From contig OZ244070.1 of NCBI GenBank assembly GCA_965215605.1, forward strand, positions 1,536,001 through 1,600,000: DNA of 64,000 nt. The letters are read 5' to 3'. The notes under the pieces are model-generated. The model made no database searches. It was not told where the DNA came from and saw only the letters and a list, made by a program, of their open reading frames with translations. Positions 43,296-55,812 of this stretch are shown in pieces. The position numbers were made by a program, and so were the translations under genes. Position 1 is the first letter of the stretch; every line of letters begins with the position of its first letter. The DNA is from an uncultured Candidatus Binatia bacterium (GTDB lineage: Bacteria > Desulfobacterota > Binatia > UBA9968 > JAJDTQ01).

Positions 43296-43910
43296 CTAGT
43301 GCAACGGCGAGAAGGACGCCGGCACGACGATGGAGTTCTCCTGGTGGAGCAGCATCTCGCGGGTGGCCGGCGGCCAGTTGGGAAGCTTCATGGCCTCGGC
43401 GCGGAGCCGGGACCGCTCGCCCATGTCCTTGTAGGGCCAGATGTGGACCCACTGGTTCAGCGAGCCGTAGGTGGTGAACCAGCCGGCGGCCAGGGGCGAG
43501 ATCTTGACCCGGTCCTCGATGCAGTCCTGCCAGCGCTCGATCAGCGTCGGAATGGAGCCCGGATGCACCGTGTAAGTGCGGATCTCGTAGATGTTGCCCA
43601 TTTCGCGGGGCTCCAGCGGCGGGGAGAAGGGCGCCGCCTGGAAGATCTTGCTCTCCTGGGTCACCATGAACTCGCGCACCTTGGGCGGCCAGTGACCGGT
43701 GGCCCGGGCCTCGGCGCCGATACGGTCCTTCTCTTCGAAACTCTCGTACGGCCATATATGGATGACCTGGTTCAGCGCCCCCACCTCCGAATGAAAGAAC
43801 GCCCCCAGCGGGGAGATCCTGGCGCGGTGCTCCAGCCCTTCCTCGAACGCCTTTTCGAAGTCCGGCGTCTTGCCGGGCTTGAGGGTATAGGTTCTCATCT
43901 CGATGATCAT
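43296..43910 (-). CDS. NIPSNAP family protein (two domains)
   Basis: Duplicated E(M/I)RTYT...G(A/S)LNQxxHIWPY repeat. Confidence 0.9.
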   Translation of the reverse strand: MIIEMRTYTLKPGKTPDFEKAFEEGLEHRARISPLGAFFHSEVGALNQVIHIWPYESFEEKDRIGAEARATGHWPPKVREFMVTQESKIFQAAPFSPPLEPREMGNIYEIRTYTVHPGSIPTLIERWQDCIEDRVKISPLAAGWFTTYGSLNQWVHIWPYKDMGERSRLRAEAMKLPNWPPATREMLLHQENSIVVPASFSPLH

Positions 43911-43980
43911 GTGTTTCCTCCTGAGATCTGCCGGTGAAGTCTGTTCCCTTTTCTTTCCGTTTTAGCCCGCAAATGCAACC

Positions 43981-46900
43981 CTACCCCGCCCCGTTCGCCT
44001 CCAGATACTCCCGCAGCGCCCGGGCCGTGTAGGACCGTTTGCCGTCCTGGGCCACCTTGGACGGGGAGCCGTGGGCGACGACGCGGCCGCCCTTGTCGCC
44101 GCCTTCGGGGCCGAGGTCCACGAGGTAGTCGGCGTCCTTGATGATCTCGAGGTTGTGCTCGATGGTAATGACGGTGTTGCCGGCGTCGACGAGGCGGTGG
44201 AGGATGTCGATGAGCTTCTCGACGTCGGCGAAGTGGAGGCCCGTGGTGGGCTCGTCGAGGATGTAGAGGGTCTTGCCGCGGGACTCCTTGCCGAGCTCGT
44301 AGGCGAGCTTGATGCGCTGGGCCTCGCCGCCCGACAAGGTGTTGCTGGCCTGCCCCAGGGTGATGTAGCCCATACCGATTTCGTCCAGGAGCTTCAGCGG
44401 GCGGTAGGCCTTGGGGAAGGCACGGAAGAACTCCACCGCCTCCTCCACGGTCATCCGCAGCACCTCGGCGATGTTCTTGCCGTTGAACTGGACCGACAAG
44501 GTCTCCTCGTTGAAGCGCAGGCCGCCGCAGCCGTCGCAGTTCACGAACACGTCGGGCAGGAAGCTCATCTCCTTGCGGATCCGGCCCTGGCCGGCGCACT
44601 CGTCGCAGCGGCCGCCGCTCACGTTAAAAGAAAACCGGCTCGGCGCGTAGCCGCGCATGCGCGCCTCCGGGTGGAGCGCGTAGATGCGGCGGATCTCGTC
44701 GAGGAAACCCACATAGGACGCGGGAACCGAGCGCGGAGTCTTGCCGATGGGGGTCTGGTCCACCTCCACCGCCCGCTCGATGGGCTCCCAGCCGGCGAGG
44801 TCCCGGTGCCGGCCGGGCCGGCCGGTGTTGTGTCCCAGCCTCGTCTTGAGGCCCTTGAACAGAACCTCCTTCACCAGCGTGCTCTTGCCGGAGCCGGACA
44901 CTCCGGTGACGCACGTCCACTTGCCCAAGGGCAGCCGCACCTTGAGGTTCTTGAGGTTGTTCTCGCTGGCGCCGGTCACCTCCAGCCATTCGCCGCCCCG
45001 GAGCGGCCGCTCGGGCCAGAGCCGCCGGCGGGCGGTGCCCAGAAAGGCGCCGGTAACCGAGGCGGGGTTGGCGCGCACCTCCTCCGGCGTCCCCATGGCC
45101 ACCACCCGGCCGCCCCGCACCCCGGCGCCGGGACCGAGGTCCACCAGCACGTCGGCCGCCCGGATGGTGGTCTCGTCGTGTTCCACCACCAACACCGTGT
45201 TGCCCGCCTCCACCAGGCGCCGCAGGGTGGCCAGGAGCCGGCGGTTGTCGCGGGTGTGCAGGCCGATGGTGGGCTCGTCCAGGATGTAGCAGACGCCGCG
45301 CAGGTTGGAGCCGAGCTGCGCCGCCAGGCGCACCCGTTGAGCCTCGCCGCCGGACAGGGTGTTGGCCCGCCGGTCCAGGGTCAGGTAGCCCAGGCCCACC
45401 TCGTCCAGGAAACGCAGCTTGTGGTGGATCTCCTTCTGGGTCTTCTCCAGCACCAGCCGTTCCTTGTCGGCGATGTTCTTGCCCAGCCGCTTTTCCAGAG
45501 AAGCGTAACGACCCAGCGCCTCCTTCACCGACAGGGCGGTGATCTGCCAGATGGCCTTGCCGGCGATGCGTACGTTGCGCGCCCGGGCATTGAGCCGGGC
45601 GCCATGGCAGGACGGACAGGTGCGCTCGCTCACGAACGAGCCGAGATAGCCGGCCAGCGGGCCGTCGCTCTTCACCTGGAGGCCGGCGAGCGTCTTGAGC
45701 AGGCCCGGGGCCGACGGACGGGAGCGGCCGTTCAGGAGGACGTCCCGTTGCCTGGCCGACAGGGTCCTGATGGGGACGTCGCCGGGGATGCCGAGCTTCC
45801 GTTCCAGCTCCCCCTGGCACTGGTTCAGCCGCCGCTTGAGGCCGGCGCGCCCCTCGGGCGCGTCCGCGCACAGCCGGTTCACCACCTCCGTCAGGCTCAT
45901 CTCCGGGTCCGGCATCACCAGGTCGGCGTCCAACTCCTCGGAGGAGCCCACGCCGTGACAGTCCGGGCAGGCGCCCTGGCGACTGTTGAAGGAGAACAGG
46001 CGGGGGTCCAGCGGCTCGTAGCCGACGCCGCAGGCGCGGCAGAACAAGCGCTCGTTGTAGGTTTCCTCGGCGCCCTCGGCGAGCACGTGGATGACGCCGT
46101 TGCCAAGGCGCAGCCCCTGTCCCAGCACCGTCTCCATGCTCAGCCGCCCGGCCTTGGCGGTACCCACCACGATGTCGATGTCGTGCTCGTGGAAACGCCC
46201 CAGCCCCTGTTGGAGCAGCGACGCGTTGAGGGCCGTCATGGCGCCGTCGATGCGGGCGCGGCCGTAGCCCAGGCGACGGGCCGCCATCATCACGTCCTTG
46301 TGGTAGCCCTTGCGGCCGCGCACCACCGGGCTCAGCACGGTGATGTCCTTGCCGCGGTACTTGCGCCCCACCCGGTCCAGGATGCGGCTGCGGGTGAGCG
46401 AGGTGATGGCGCCGCCGCACTGGGGGCAGTGCTGCTTGCCCACCTTGGCGTAGAGCAGTCGCAGGTAATGGTACAGCTCGGTGACGGTGGCCACGGTGGA
46501 GTTCCGACCCCCCTGGCTCAGGCGCTGCTCGATGGCCACGGTGGGCGGTATGCCCGCCAGCACGTCCACGTTGGGCCGCGCCATGATCTTCATGAACTGC
46601 CGCGCGTAGGCGGAGAGGCTGTCGATGTAGCGCCGCTGGCCGTCCGCGTAGATGATGTCGAAGGCCAGGGACGACTTGCCGGAGCCGCTGAGGCCGGTCA
46701 CCACCACCAGCCGGTCCCGCGGGATGTCCACGTCGATGGCCTTGAGGTTGTGCTCCCGGGCGCCGATGACCTGGATGGCTCCGGTCCCGTTGGACCGCGC
46801 CGGCGCCGTCCGGCGCGGAGGCGTCTTGACCAGGATGGGGGCAAACCGGGACCGCACCGGCGCGAGATGGTCCTTCAGATAGCGCCCGGTGTGGGAACGC

Positions 46901-49641
46901 TCCACCTCGGCCACTTCCGCCGGCGTACCCGTGGCCACCACCTCGCCGCCGCCGCCGCCGCCCTCGGGCCCCAGGTCGATGATGTGGTCGGCGCACTTGA
47001 TCACCTCGGGGTTGTGCTCGATGACCATCACCGAATGTCCCTGATCGATCAGCTCCTGAAGGGCCGACAGCAGCCGCCGGATGTCGTGGAAGTGGAGGCC
47101 GGTGGTGGGCTCGTCGAAGATGAAGAGCGTGCCGGTCTTCGTCGCCCGGACGATGTGGGCGGCCAACTTGAGGCGTTGGGACTCGCCGCCGGAGAGGGTG
47201 GTGACCGGCTGGCCCAGGCGCAGGTATTCCAGCCCCACCCGCGCCAGCGGGCGCAGCCCCCGGACGATCTCCGGCTGGTCCGCGAAGAACTTCATGGCCT
47301 CGGCGATGGTGAGGCCGAGCACGTCGTGGATGTTCCGGTTGCGGTAGGTGGCCTCCAGCACTTCCTGACGGTAGCGGGCGCCGCCGCATTCCGAGCAGGT
47401 GGCGAAGACGTCCGAGAGGAACTGCATCTCGATCTTCTCGAACCCTTCGCCGCGGCAGGACTCGCAGCGTCCGCCCTCCACGTTGAAGGAGAAGGTGGAG
47501 GCCGTGTAGCCCCGGAACCGCGACAGGTCCACGCCGGCGAACAGGCGCCGGATGGGATCGAAGGCCTTCATGTAGGTCACCGGGTTGGACCGGGGCGTGG
47601 TGCCCAGCGGAGACTGGTCCACCAGGATCACCTCGGGCACCCGGTCGATGCCCCGGATCTCGTCGCAGTCCGTCAGCGTCGCCAGCGGCGAGGCCTTGAG
47701 CCGCCGGATGTTCCGGGCGATGACCTCGTCCACCAGGGTCGACTTGCCCGAGCCGGAAACGCCGGTGACGCATACCAGCCTGCCGAGCGGGATGGTCACG
47801 TCGATGCCCTTGAGGTTGTTGGCCCGGGCCCCGAGTATGTCCAGGGTACGGCCCCGGATCCTGGGCCGGTAACGGACCGGCAGCGGGATGACCTTGCGCT
47901 GCGTCAGGTAGTCGGCGGTAAGGGAGGTCTCGCTTGCCAGCAACTCGTCGTAGGAGCCGGCAAACACCACCTCGCCGCCGTGCTCGCCCGCCCGCGGCCC
48001 CAGGTCGATGACGTGGTCGCTCTCCTTGATGATCTCCGGGTCATGTTCCACCACCACCACCGTGTTGTTGTTGGAGCGGAGGCGGTGAAGGATCTCCACC
48101 AGCCGGTGGCTGTCCCGCGGGTGCAGGCCGATGGAGGGCTCGTCCAGCACGTACAGCGTGTTCACCAGCGACGAGCCGATGGCGGTGGTCAGGTCCACCC
48201 GCTCGAGTTCGCCGCCTGACAGGGTCCGCGACTGCCGGTCGAGGGTCAGGTACTCCAGCCCCACGCCCATGAGATAGTCCAGGCGCCGGCGGATCTCGTG
48301 GAGCACCAGCGTGGCCACCTGGTCGCGGCTTGAATCGAGCTCCAGCGCCTGGAAATACGCATGCGCCTCGGCCACGCTCATGCGGTTCACGTCCGCGATG
48401 TTCCGCCCGGCGATGAGGAAATTCAGGCCTTCGGGCTTGAGGCGGGTGCCCTGGCAGTCGGTGCAGGTCACGTAGCGCCGGTAGCGCGCCAGGAACACGC
48501 GCACGTGCATCTTGTAGCTCTTCCGCTCCAGCCACTCGAACCAGCCGCGGATGCCGTAGTACTTGCCGTCGCGCCAGCTTCCCTCGCCGTCGATGATCAG
48601 CCGCCGGTCCTCTTCGTCCAGCTCGGCGAACGGCCGCTCCAGGGAGATGCCCCGGCGCTCGCAGAACTTCTTGAGCTCCCGCACCTCCCAGCGCGCTACC
48701 CGGGTGGTCCACGGCTTGATGGCGCCCTCGGCGATGGACTTGGAAGGGTCCGGAATCACCAGGTCGAGGTCGAGGTCGATGGAGCGGCCGAACCCGTGGC
48801 AGGTCTCGCAGGCCCCCAGCGGGCTGTTGAACGAGAAGAGATTGGGCTGGGGCTCGGCGTAGGACAGGTCGCAGGCGGAGCAGTGCAGGCGGTTGCTGAA
48901 ACCTTCCCGGCGCCAGCCGTCCTCCAGGTCATGGAGGTCGAGCCTTCCCTTGCCGAACTGGAAGGCCTGCTCCAGCGAATCCGTGACGCGCTTGCGCGTG
49001 GACTTGCGGTACACGAAACGGTCCGCCACGACGTCGACGACCTCGCCGACCTCGCCGGGTGGGGCGTCGAGGGGTTCCAGCTCCAGCAGCTCGCGATCCC
49101 GCAGGAGCCGATGGAAACCCGCCTGGAGCAGTCCTCCCTTGACGTCTTCCCAGGGCAGCGCCGGCGGCACTGCCACCGGGAAGGTCAGCACCCACCGCAT
49201 CCCCTCGCCGCCGGCCTGGAGGTGCCTCGTGATGGACGGGGCGCTGTCCTTGGATATGACCTTGCGGCAGCCCGAGCAGTGCAGGATGCCGATCTTGGCG
49301 AACAGCAGCTTGAGATGGTCGTACAGCTCGGTCATGGTGCCCACCGTCGACCGCGAGGTCTTGACCGGGCGGGTCTGGTCGATGGCGATGGTGGGCGGGA
49401 TGTTCTCGATGGCCTCGACGTCCGGCTTCTCCATGCGATCGAGAAACTGCCGGGCGTAGGCCGAAAAGCTCTCCACGTAGCGGCGTTGGCCCTCCGCGTA
49501 GAGGATGTCGAAGGCGACGGTGGACTTGCCCGACCCGCTGACGCCGGTCACTACCGTCAATGCGTTGAGGGGGATCTGGAGGTCGAGGTCCTTGAGGTTG
49601 TTCTGCTTCGCGCCGCGTACGTGTATCCAGCCCTGATCCAT
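43981..49641 (-). CDS. uvrA: Double-length excinuclease ABC subunit A (two fused UvrA units)
   Basis: 1886 aa; four Walker A G(V/L)SGSGKS, four LSGGE signatures, two (E/D)GQRRY motifs, multiple CxxC zinc sites. Confidence 0.95.
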   Translation of the reverse strand: MDQGWIHVRGAKQNNLKDLDLQIPLNALTVVTGVSGSGKSTVAFDILYAEGQRRYVESFSAYARQFLDRMEKPDVEAIENIPPTIAIDQTRPVKTSRSTVGTMTELYDHLKLLFAKIGILHCSGCRKVISKDSAPSITRHLQAGGEGMRWVLTFPVAVPPALPWEDVKGGLLQAGFHRLLRDRELLELEPLDAPPGEVGEVVDVVADRFVYRKSTRKRVTDSLEQAFQFGKGRLDLHDLEDGWRREGFSNRLHCSACDLSYAEPQPNLFSFNSPLGACETCHGFGRSIDLDLDLVIPDPSKSIAEGAIKPWTTRVARWEVRELKKFCERRGISLERPFAELDEEDRRLIIDGEGSWRDGKYYGIRGWFEWLERKSYKMHVRVFLARYRRYVTCTDCQGTRLKPEGLNFLIAGRNIADVNRMSVAEAHAYFQALELDSSRDQVATLVLHEIRRRLDYLMGVGLEYLTLDRQSRTLSGGELERVDLTTAIGSSLVNTLYVLDEPSIGLHPRDSHRLVEILHRLRSNNNTVVVVEHDPEIIKESDHVIDLGPRAGEHGGEVVFAGSYDELLASETSLTADYLTQRKVIPLPVRYRPRIRGRTLDILGARANNLKGIDVTIPLGRLVCVTGVSGSGKSTLVDEVIARNIRRLKASPLATLTDCDEIRGIDRVPEVILVDQSPLGTTPRSNPVTYMKAFDPIRRLFAGVDLSRFRGYTASTFSFNVEGGRCESCRGEGFEKIEMQFLSDVFATCSECGGARYRQEVLEATYRNRNIHDVLGLTIAEAMKFFADQPEIVRGLRPLARVGLEYLRLGQPVTTLSGGESQRLKLAAHIVRATKTGTLFIFDEPTTGLHFHDIRRLLSALQELIDQGHSVMVIEHNPEVIKCADHIIDLGPEGGGGGGEVVATGTPAEVAEVERSHTGRYLKDHLAPVRSRFAPILVKTPPRRTAPARSNGTGAIQVIGAREHNLKAIDVDIPRDRLVVVTGLSGSGKSSLAFDIIYADGQRRYIDSLSAYARQFMKIMARPNVDVLAGIPPTVAIEQRLSQGGRNSTVATVTELYHYLRLLYAKVGKQHCPQCGGAITSLTRSRILDRVGRKYRGKDITVLSPVVRGRKGYHKDVMMAARRLGYGRARIDGAMTALNASLLQQGLGRFHEHDIDIVVGTAKAGRLSMETVLGQGLRLGNGVIHVLAEGAEETYNERLFCRACGVGYEPLDPRLFSFNSRQGACPDCHGVGSSEELDADLVMPDPEMSLTEVVNRLCADAPEGRAGLKRRLNQCQGELERKLGIPGDVPIRTLSARQRDVLLNGRSRPSAPGLLKTLAGLQVKSDGPLAGYLGSFVSERTCPSCHGARLNARARNVRIAGKAIWQITALSVKEALGRYASLEKRLGKNIADKERLVLEKTQKEIHHKLRFLDEVGLGYLTLDRRANTLSGGEAQRVRLAAQLGSNLRGVCYILDEPTIGLHTRDNRRLLATLRRLVEAGNTVLVVEHDETTIRAADVLVDLGPGAGVRGGRVVAMGTPEEVRANPASVTGAFLGTARRRLWPERPLRGGEWLEVTGASENNLKNLKVRLPLGKWTCVTGVSGSGKSTLVKEVLFKGLKTRLGHNTGRPGRHRDLAGWEPIERAVEVDQTPIGKTPRSVPASYVGFLDEIRRIYALHPEARMRGYAPSRFSFNVSGGRCDECAGQGRIRKEMSFLPDVFVNCDGCGGLRFNEETLSVQFNGKNIAEVLRMTVEEAVEFFRAFPKAYRPLKLLDEIGMGYITLGQASNTLSGGEAQRIKLAYELGKESRGKTLYILDEPTTGLHFADVEKLIDILHRLVDAGNTVITIEHNLEIIKDADYLVDLGPEGGDKGGRVVAHGSPSKVAQDGKRSYTARALREYLEANGAG

Positions 49642-49687
49642 GGTGGGTAGGGGTCGGGACGAGGGATGGGCTGCCGCGATCCGCGAC

Positions 49688-49987
49688 CTAGCCGATGCCG
49701 AGCTTTTCCCGAGCTTCTTCGCTGATCCGGCTCGGGTCCCAGGGCGGATCCCACACGAGGTCCACGTTGGCTTCCTTGACGCCGGGGATCTCCATGATCA
49801 GGGACTGGGCGTTGGAGGCGATCATGCCGCCCATGCCGCATCCCGGCGCGGTCAGGGTCATCTTGACCGCCACGGCGCCGTCCTCGACCTCGACGTCGTA
49901 GACCAGGCCGAGGTCCACGATGTTCACCGGGATCTCGGGGTCGTAACAGTCCTGCAGCGCTTCGTAGACCTGTTCCTTGGTAATCAT
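49688..49987 (-). CDS. DUF59/SufT Fe-S assembly protein
   Basis: YDPEIPVNIVDLGLVY, MTLTAPGC, VWDPPW. Confidence 0.93.
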   Translation of the reverse strand: MITKEQVYEALQDCYDPEIPVNIVDLGLVYDVEVEDGAVAVKMTLTAPGCGMGGMIASNAQSLIMEIPGVKEANVDLVWDPPWDPSRISEEAREKLGIG

Positions 49988-50307
49988 TTCGCCTCCTGCT
50001 CGACTTCTTCACACTCGCTGCACGGGCACAACGAACGCAGATAGTCGAAGGTATAGATCCCGGTCATGTGCCCGTCGCTCCAGCGGAAACAGACCGCGTA
50101 GTTGCCCACCGGCTCGATTGCCTCGAGGCCGGCATCGGGTACCTCCACGAAGCGCTTCTCAATCGCGGCCTCGTGCCCTTGGCAAAGCGCGCACGGGCAG
50201 TAGCCCCTCAGGTGCTCCCTGGGATACTCGCCCGAGTGCCCGTCGTCCCAGGTGATGCGGACGATGCCCTGGGCCTTGACGTGATTGATCTCTACGGGAA
50301 CAGCCAC
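49984..50307 (-). CDS. DUF971 (GBBH-like N-terminal) protein
   Basis: ITWDDGH...LRGYCPCALCQG...PVGNYAVCFRWSDGHMTGIYTFDYL. Confidence 0.9.
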   Translation of the reverse strand: MAVPVEINHVKAQGIVRITWDDGHSGEYPREHLRGYCPCALCQGHEAAIEKRFVEVPDAGLEAIEPVGNYAVCFRWSDGHMTGIYTFDYLRSLCPCSECEEVEQEAK

Positions 50308-50320
50308 GAATGTCCCGCGG

Positions 50321-51418
<1,098 letters not shown>

Positions 51419-51648
51419 GTCGCTCCTCTTCTCCCCGTCGGCGTTGCGCCGCCAGAACGGCGTGCCGAATAGTGCCATGAGACCTTCCTTCCTTGCCGTG
51501 GTGCGCGGCTCCGGCTGGTTGCGAAGGATTCGGCCGGCCTTGGGGCGGGCCAAGTCGAACGATACCTGGAATATAGACTTGCGCAACCGCTATTTCAATG
51601 TGCGAACGGGTTTGCGCCGGCCATGCGCGACGGCCGGCGCCGGCTGCG

Positions 51649-53190
51649 TCACCGTCCTTGGTGCTCCGGCCGCAACAGGTCCAGCACCATCTTCACCGGT
51701 GTGAAGGTCTCGGGCGGCAACTCGACGAAGACCGTGTTCCATCGCGCCATGCCGCCGTTCCAGAGCCCGGGGTGCTCCAGCGCCTTGAGCGGGCGCCCGC
51801 CGCCGGACTTGACGGAGATGAAGGCGCTCCGCGGATCGCTGAAGCGCATGAGGTCGAAGCATGCTCCGGAACGGTCGCGGACGCCGCAGACCAGATCCAC
51901 GGGATTGAAGTGGGTGGAAGCGGCAAAGACCTCCCGCTGACCCGCCGTCGCCATGTCCACCTGCGAGGACTCGACGACCTGAAGCGAGCACGCGCCGCCG
52001 GAGCCCCTGACCCAGAAGGGGCCGCCGCCCGGCTCTCCGGCGGACGGAACCATGCCGCACACCCGGAACGGACGGCCCAGGGTCTCCCGCAGGAAATGCA
52101 CCCGCTCGGCGGCGGGCGCACGCGCTACGGTCTCCGCCGGCGAAACCGACAGCGTGGCGCGGGCGAAATCCGCCACCTCGTCCACCAACGACGGCGGCGG
52201 TTCGGAATCGAGCCGGTCGAGATAGTCGAACACGCGGCCCTGGAGTTCCACCAGGAGGCCTGCCAACGCCTTCCGGCAGCGGATGGCGGCGCCCGGACTC
52301 ATGGAAACGTTGTCGATGTTCCGGATGAACACGATGTCGGCGCGGAGGTTGTTCAGGTTCGCCAGCAGCGCGCCATGGCCGCCGGGCCGGAACGACAGGC
52401 TTCCGTCGGACTCGCGGAAAGGCCGGTTGTCGAGGGTGGCCGCCAAGGTGTCGGTATCGGGCCGCTGTTCCGACAGGGTCACGTCGAAGCGCGTGTCGCG
52501 GTCCTCGTAGCGCCGGCACAACTCGGCGATGTGCTCCTCCACCCCTGATCGATGTTCCGGAGAGACCGTGAAATGGACGCGCGCGGTTCCGCCGCCGTCC
52601 CGGACATACGCCCGCGCCTGCGCCAGGTGCTCGGCCACCGGCGTGCGGCAGCCGTCGGGATGGCGATGAAACGGGATGAGCCCCTTGGGAAGGCCGGCGT
52701 AGCCGAGTCCGCCGGCGTCCAGGAGACAGTGCAGCACTTCCCGGAACCGCCCGGCCCCGCGCAAGCCCTGAAGGCGCCCGCCCTGCCGTTCCAACGCCGC
52801 CTCCAACTCCGGATGGAAGGCAAAGCGCTCGAGACGGGCCATGAACTCCCGCAGCGCCGGGTATTCCGGCAGATCCCTGACATCCTCCACGGTCGCCGCG
52901 TCCCGGCTCCTGGCCGCCAGCAGCGCCTGAAACATCCGGGAGGCCGCTCCCGACGCGGGAACGAACTTCAAGAACCGCCCGGCCCGCGCCGCCTCCTCGC
53001 CGCGCCGGCACAAACGATCCAACTCCGCGTCGGTAAGGACCATGATCCCATCGCCGCGGGTGCAGGGACGGTCCAGCACCGCGGGCGGCATCCCCGCGGC
53101 CAACGTCGCCAGATACCCCGCGGCCCGCTCGGGCGAGATGCCGCGGTCCCGAAGCTGTTTCAGATCCCGCTCGGTGAATGGGTGGGACAC
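51649..53190 (-). CDS. DUF4301 family protein (nucleotidyltransferase-like fold)
   Basis: KFVPASGAASRMF, PKGLIPFH, RPGGHGALL, NIDNV, GEPGGGPFW, THFNPVD, PGLWNGGMA, TFTPVK. Confidence 0.88.
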   Translation of the reverse strand: MSHPFTERDLKQLRDRGISPERAAGYLATLAAGMPPAVLDRPCTRGDGIMVLTDAELDRLCRRGEEAARAGRFLKFVPASGAASRMFQALLAARSRDAATVEDVRDLPEYPALREFMARLERFAFHPELEAALERQGGRLQGLRGAGRFREVLHCLLDAGGLGYAGLPKGLIPFHRHPDGCRTPVAEHLAQARAYVRDGGGTARVHFTVSPEHRSGVEEHIAELCRRYEDRDTRFDVTLSEQRPDTDTLAATLDNRPFRESDGSLSFRPGGHGALLANLNNLRADIVFIRNIDNVSMSPGAAIRCRKALAGLLVELQGRVFDYLDRLDSEPPPSLVDEVADFARATLSVSPAETVARAPAAERVHFLRETLGRPFRVCGMVPSAGEPGGGPFWVRGSGGACSLQVVESSQVDMATAGQREVFAASTHFNPVDLVCGVRDRSGACFDLMRFSDPRSAFISVKSGGGRPLKALEHPGLWNGGMARWNTVFVELPPETFTPVKMVLDLLRPEHQGR

Positions 53191-53194
53191 GGGT

Positions 53195-53668
53195 TCACGC
53201 TTGACGTTGGTTGCCCCTGGCGGCCTTCACCAGCTCGTCGTCGGCGTCGTTCATGTACCCCCGGCAATTTTCGGCGCCGCATACGCACGTGTAAAGCTCC
53301 TCCCCCTGAAGCCGGTAGTCGAACGTGATCTCTTCGCCCTCTTCGATGGTCTGTTCGGCGATGAGCCAGATACGGCCGCGGATGATGTCCACGTAGGTGT
53401 TGCCCCCGCAGGAGTGGTTGGCGAAGCGCGCATCGTTGCCGTTCACCGCCCCGTCCACGTCATACTGGTCGTCGAGGGTGAAGATATAGGTCAGTTCGTC
53501 GTCGTTCCGGGACCGGGTGGTGCCTTCGCCGGAAGGAATCTTCTCGCCCGTGTACTCGATGATGCGCCGCCCGTGCCGGATGTTCTCGCCGGCGAAGAGC
53601 CCATCCCCATGTATTCTGGACTTGCCCACGAACACCTTCGGAAGCCTGCGCTTCGATCCCTTTGCCAC
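53195..53668 (-). CDS. SET-domain protein-lysine methyltransferase
   Basis: SRIHGDGLFA, IEYTGE, RFANHSC, GEEITFDY, post-SET CVCGAENCRG; GTG start with SD GGAGG. Confidence 0.92.
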   Translation of the reverse strand: MAKGSKRRLPKVFVGKSRIHGDGLFAGENIRHGRRIIEYTGEKIPSGEGTTRSRNDDELTYIFTLDDQYDVDGAVNGNDARFANHSCGGNTYVDIIRGRIWLIAEQTIEEGEEITFDYRLQGEELYTCVCGAENCRGYMNDADDELVKAARGNQRQA

Positions 53669-53907
53669 CGTTCCTCCCGGGTCCCGCCAAGTACTCTCCA
53701 ACGGTCCCTGATGTATAGCATCGGGCCGGGTGAATGTTGACCGGCTGGCTCCCATGGATCGGGTTCAAACAGGGGATTGCTCATATGCCGGGCGCCGCGC
53801 GCTCCCTTACCTTGCCGGTAGCCCCGCAATCAGATACGAATAGCCTCGAACCGCTCGTTGACGGACCGGGAAATGAACCGGGACCCTGCGTACAAGGAAG
53901 GAAACCG

Positions 53908-55623
53908 ATGGCCAAGACAACCCTGTTGAACGTGACCGTGGCGGACGCCTATCTGGCGCTGCTGGCGGATCGGGGCGTGGACTACTTCTTCGCCAATGCC
54001 GGCACGGACTTCGCGCCCATCGTGGAGGCCATGGCCAAGGCCCGGAACCTGGAGACGCGGATTCCCGAGCCGGTCACCTGCCCGCACGAGAACACCGCCA
54101 TGCACATGGCCATCGGCTACTATCTGGTCACGGGCAAGCCCCAGACGGTGATGGTGCACGTCAACGTGGGCACCGCCAACGGCATGAACGGAATGCTGAA
54201 CGCATCCCGCGGCAACATCCCCGTGCTGTTCACGGCGGGCCGCACGCCCACCAACGAGGAAGGCCTCGCCGGACACCGGAGCCTGGACATCCACTGGACC
54301 CAGGAGATGTTCGACCAGGCCTCCATGGTGCGCGAGGCGGCCAAGTGGGATTACGAGCTACGCAACGGCAAGCAAACAGAAACCATCGTGGACCGCGCCC
54401 TGTCCGTGGCCAAGAGCGAGCCCACCGGCCCGGTCTACCTGAGCCTCCCCCGGGAGGTGTTGTCCGAGCGGCTGGACGAGTTCACCTACGAGTCGCCCGG
54501 GCGCCAGCATGCCCCGGCGCCGCCCTATCCCAACGCGGCGGCCGCCGACGAGGCGGCGGCGCTCCTGGCCGGCGCCGAGAACCCGCTGATCATCACCAAC
54601 TGGGCGGGACGGAACCCGCGGGTGTGGGGGCCCTTGGGCGATCTGGCCGAGCGCTACGCGATCCCGGTGGTGCAGTACCGCAACCGCTACATGTCGCTGC
54701 CCACCGACCACCCCATGAACCTGGGCTACGACCTCAACCCGCTGCTCGGGCAGGCCGACGTGATCCTGGTGGTGGACGTGGCGGTGCCGTGGCTGCCGGC
54801 CACGGACAAGGTGCGCGAGGACGCCAAGGTCATCCACATGGGCGCCGACCCGCTGCACAGCTACGTGCCGCTCCGCGGCCACCCCTGCGACATCGCCCTG
54901 GCCTGCGGCACCGACGTGGGCCTCAGCGCCCTGGACGAAGCCCTTTCCGCCCACGAAGGCCGGGTCAAGGCGGGCATCGACAAGCGCCGGAAGACGCTGG
55001 CGGAGATGTGGCAAAAGCAGCGCGACGGCTGGGCCAGGCGGCTCGACGAAGTGAAGGACAACAAGCCGCTGCATCCGGTATGGGTCACCCACTGCATCAA
55101 CCAGATCAAGGGCGCCGACACCATCGTGGTGAAGGAGTCCGCGCTCGCGTCGACGCACATCGACATCTCCCAACCGGGAACGCTGCTCAACGCCGGCGCC
55201 GCGTCGGGCCTAGGCCACGGCCTCGGGGTGGCGCTGGGCGCCAAGCTCGCCGCCCGGGACCGGCTGGTCATCGGCACCCACGGCGACGGCTCCTACATGT
55301 TCGGCAACCCCATCGCCAGCCACTACGTGGGGGCGGAGCAGAAGCTCCCCATTCTCACGGTCATCTTCAACAACCAGCGATGGCAGGCGGTGCGCCGGGC
55401 CACGGTGGGACTGAACCCGGAGGGCTACGCCGCCCAGAGCGCCCACCAGCCCATCACCATGCTCGACAGCGTCGACAAGTACGAGAAGGCGGTGGAGGTG
55501 GCCGACGGCTACGGCCAGCGGGTGGAGGACCCCGCCGACCTCATGCCGGCCCTAGAGCGGGGCCTCAAGGCGGTGGAGGTGGAGAAGCGCCAAGCGGTGG
55601 TCAACGTGATCTGCTCGGCATAG
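53908..55623 (+). CDS. Thiamine diphosphate-dependent enzyme (ALS/benzoylformate decarboxylase-like)
   Basis: ANAGTDF, PHE, HVNVGTAN, GPVYLSLPRE, GDGSYMF...FNN motif. Confidence 0.9.
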   Translation: MAKTTLLNVTVADAYLALLADRGVDYFFANAGTDFAPIVEAMAKARNLETRIPEPVTCPHENTAMHMAIGYYLVTGKPQTVMVHVNVGTANGMNGMLNASRGNIPVLFTAGRTPTNEEGLAGHRSLDIHWTQEMFDQASMVREAAKWDYELRNGKQTETIVDRALSVAKSEPTGPVYLSLPREVLSERLDEFTYESPGRQHAPAPPYPNAAAADEAAALLAGAENPLIITNWAGRNPRVWGPLGDLAERYAIPVVQYRNRYMSLPTDHPMNLGYDLNPLLGQADVILVVDVAVPWLPATDKVREDAKVIHMGADPLHSYVPLRGHPCDIALACGTDVGLSALDEALSAHEGRVKAGIDKRRKTLAEMWQKQRDGWARRLDEVKDNKPLHPVWVTHCINQIKGADTIVVKESALASTHIDISQPGTLLNAGAASGLGHGLGVALGAKLAARDRLVIGTHGDGSYMFGNPIASHYVGAEQKLPILTVIFNNQRWQAVRRATVGLNPEGYAAQSAHQPITMLDSVDKYEKAVEVADGYGQRVEDPADLMPALERGLKAVEVEKRQAVVNVICSA

Positions 55624-55634
55624 CAGAGTGCGGA

Positions 55635-55782
55635 GAGCAGGGTGGGCTGCGCCCCGGAAATCAGGCGACGGTTACAGCGGAGCCGGCCGTCGTGCGTCGC
55701 ACGAGAAACGGGTAGTTGATCGCGAACACGAAGCACGTCCGCCGGCCGTCGACAGATTTCCGGGACGCAGCCCACCCTGCTC
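55635..55782. repeat. REPIN-like inverted doublet (37-bp arms)
   Basis: 55635-55671 GAGCAGGGTGGGCTGCGCCCCGGAAATCAGGCGACGG and its reverse complement at 55746-55782 with 3 mismatches. Confidence 0.8.
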
Positions 55783-55796
55783 GGTGCCGCTCCGTA

Positions 55797-55812
55797 CTAG
55801 TGTCCTGTCCGG
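55797..55812 (+). repeat. CTAG-TGTCC element end, copy 3 (single arm)
   Basis: CTAGTGTCCTGTCCGG shares CTAGTGTCCTGT with the 7006 copy. Confidence 0.5.

Noticed and set aside
44071-48219. 1382-aa + strand ORF and other long antisense ORFs (e.g. 8172-10430, 16622-19084, 31167-33230)
   Set aside because: Shadow frames opposite well-supported genes; expected from high GC3 codon bias and lacking recognisable motifs
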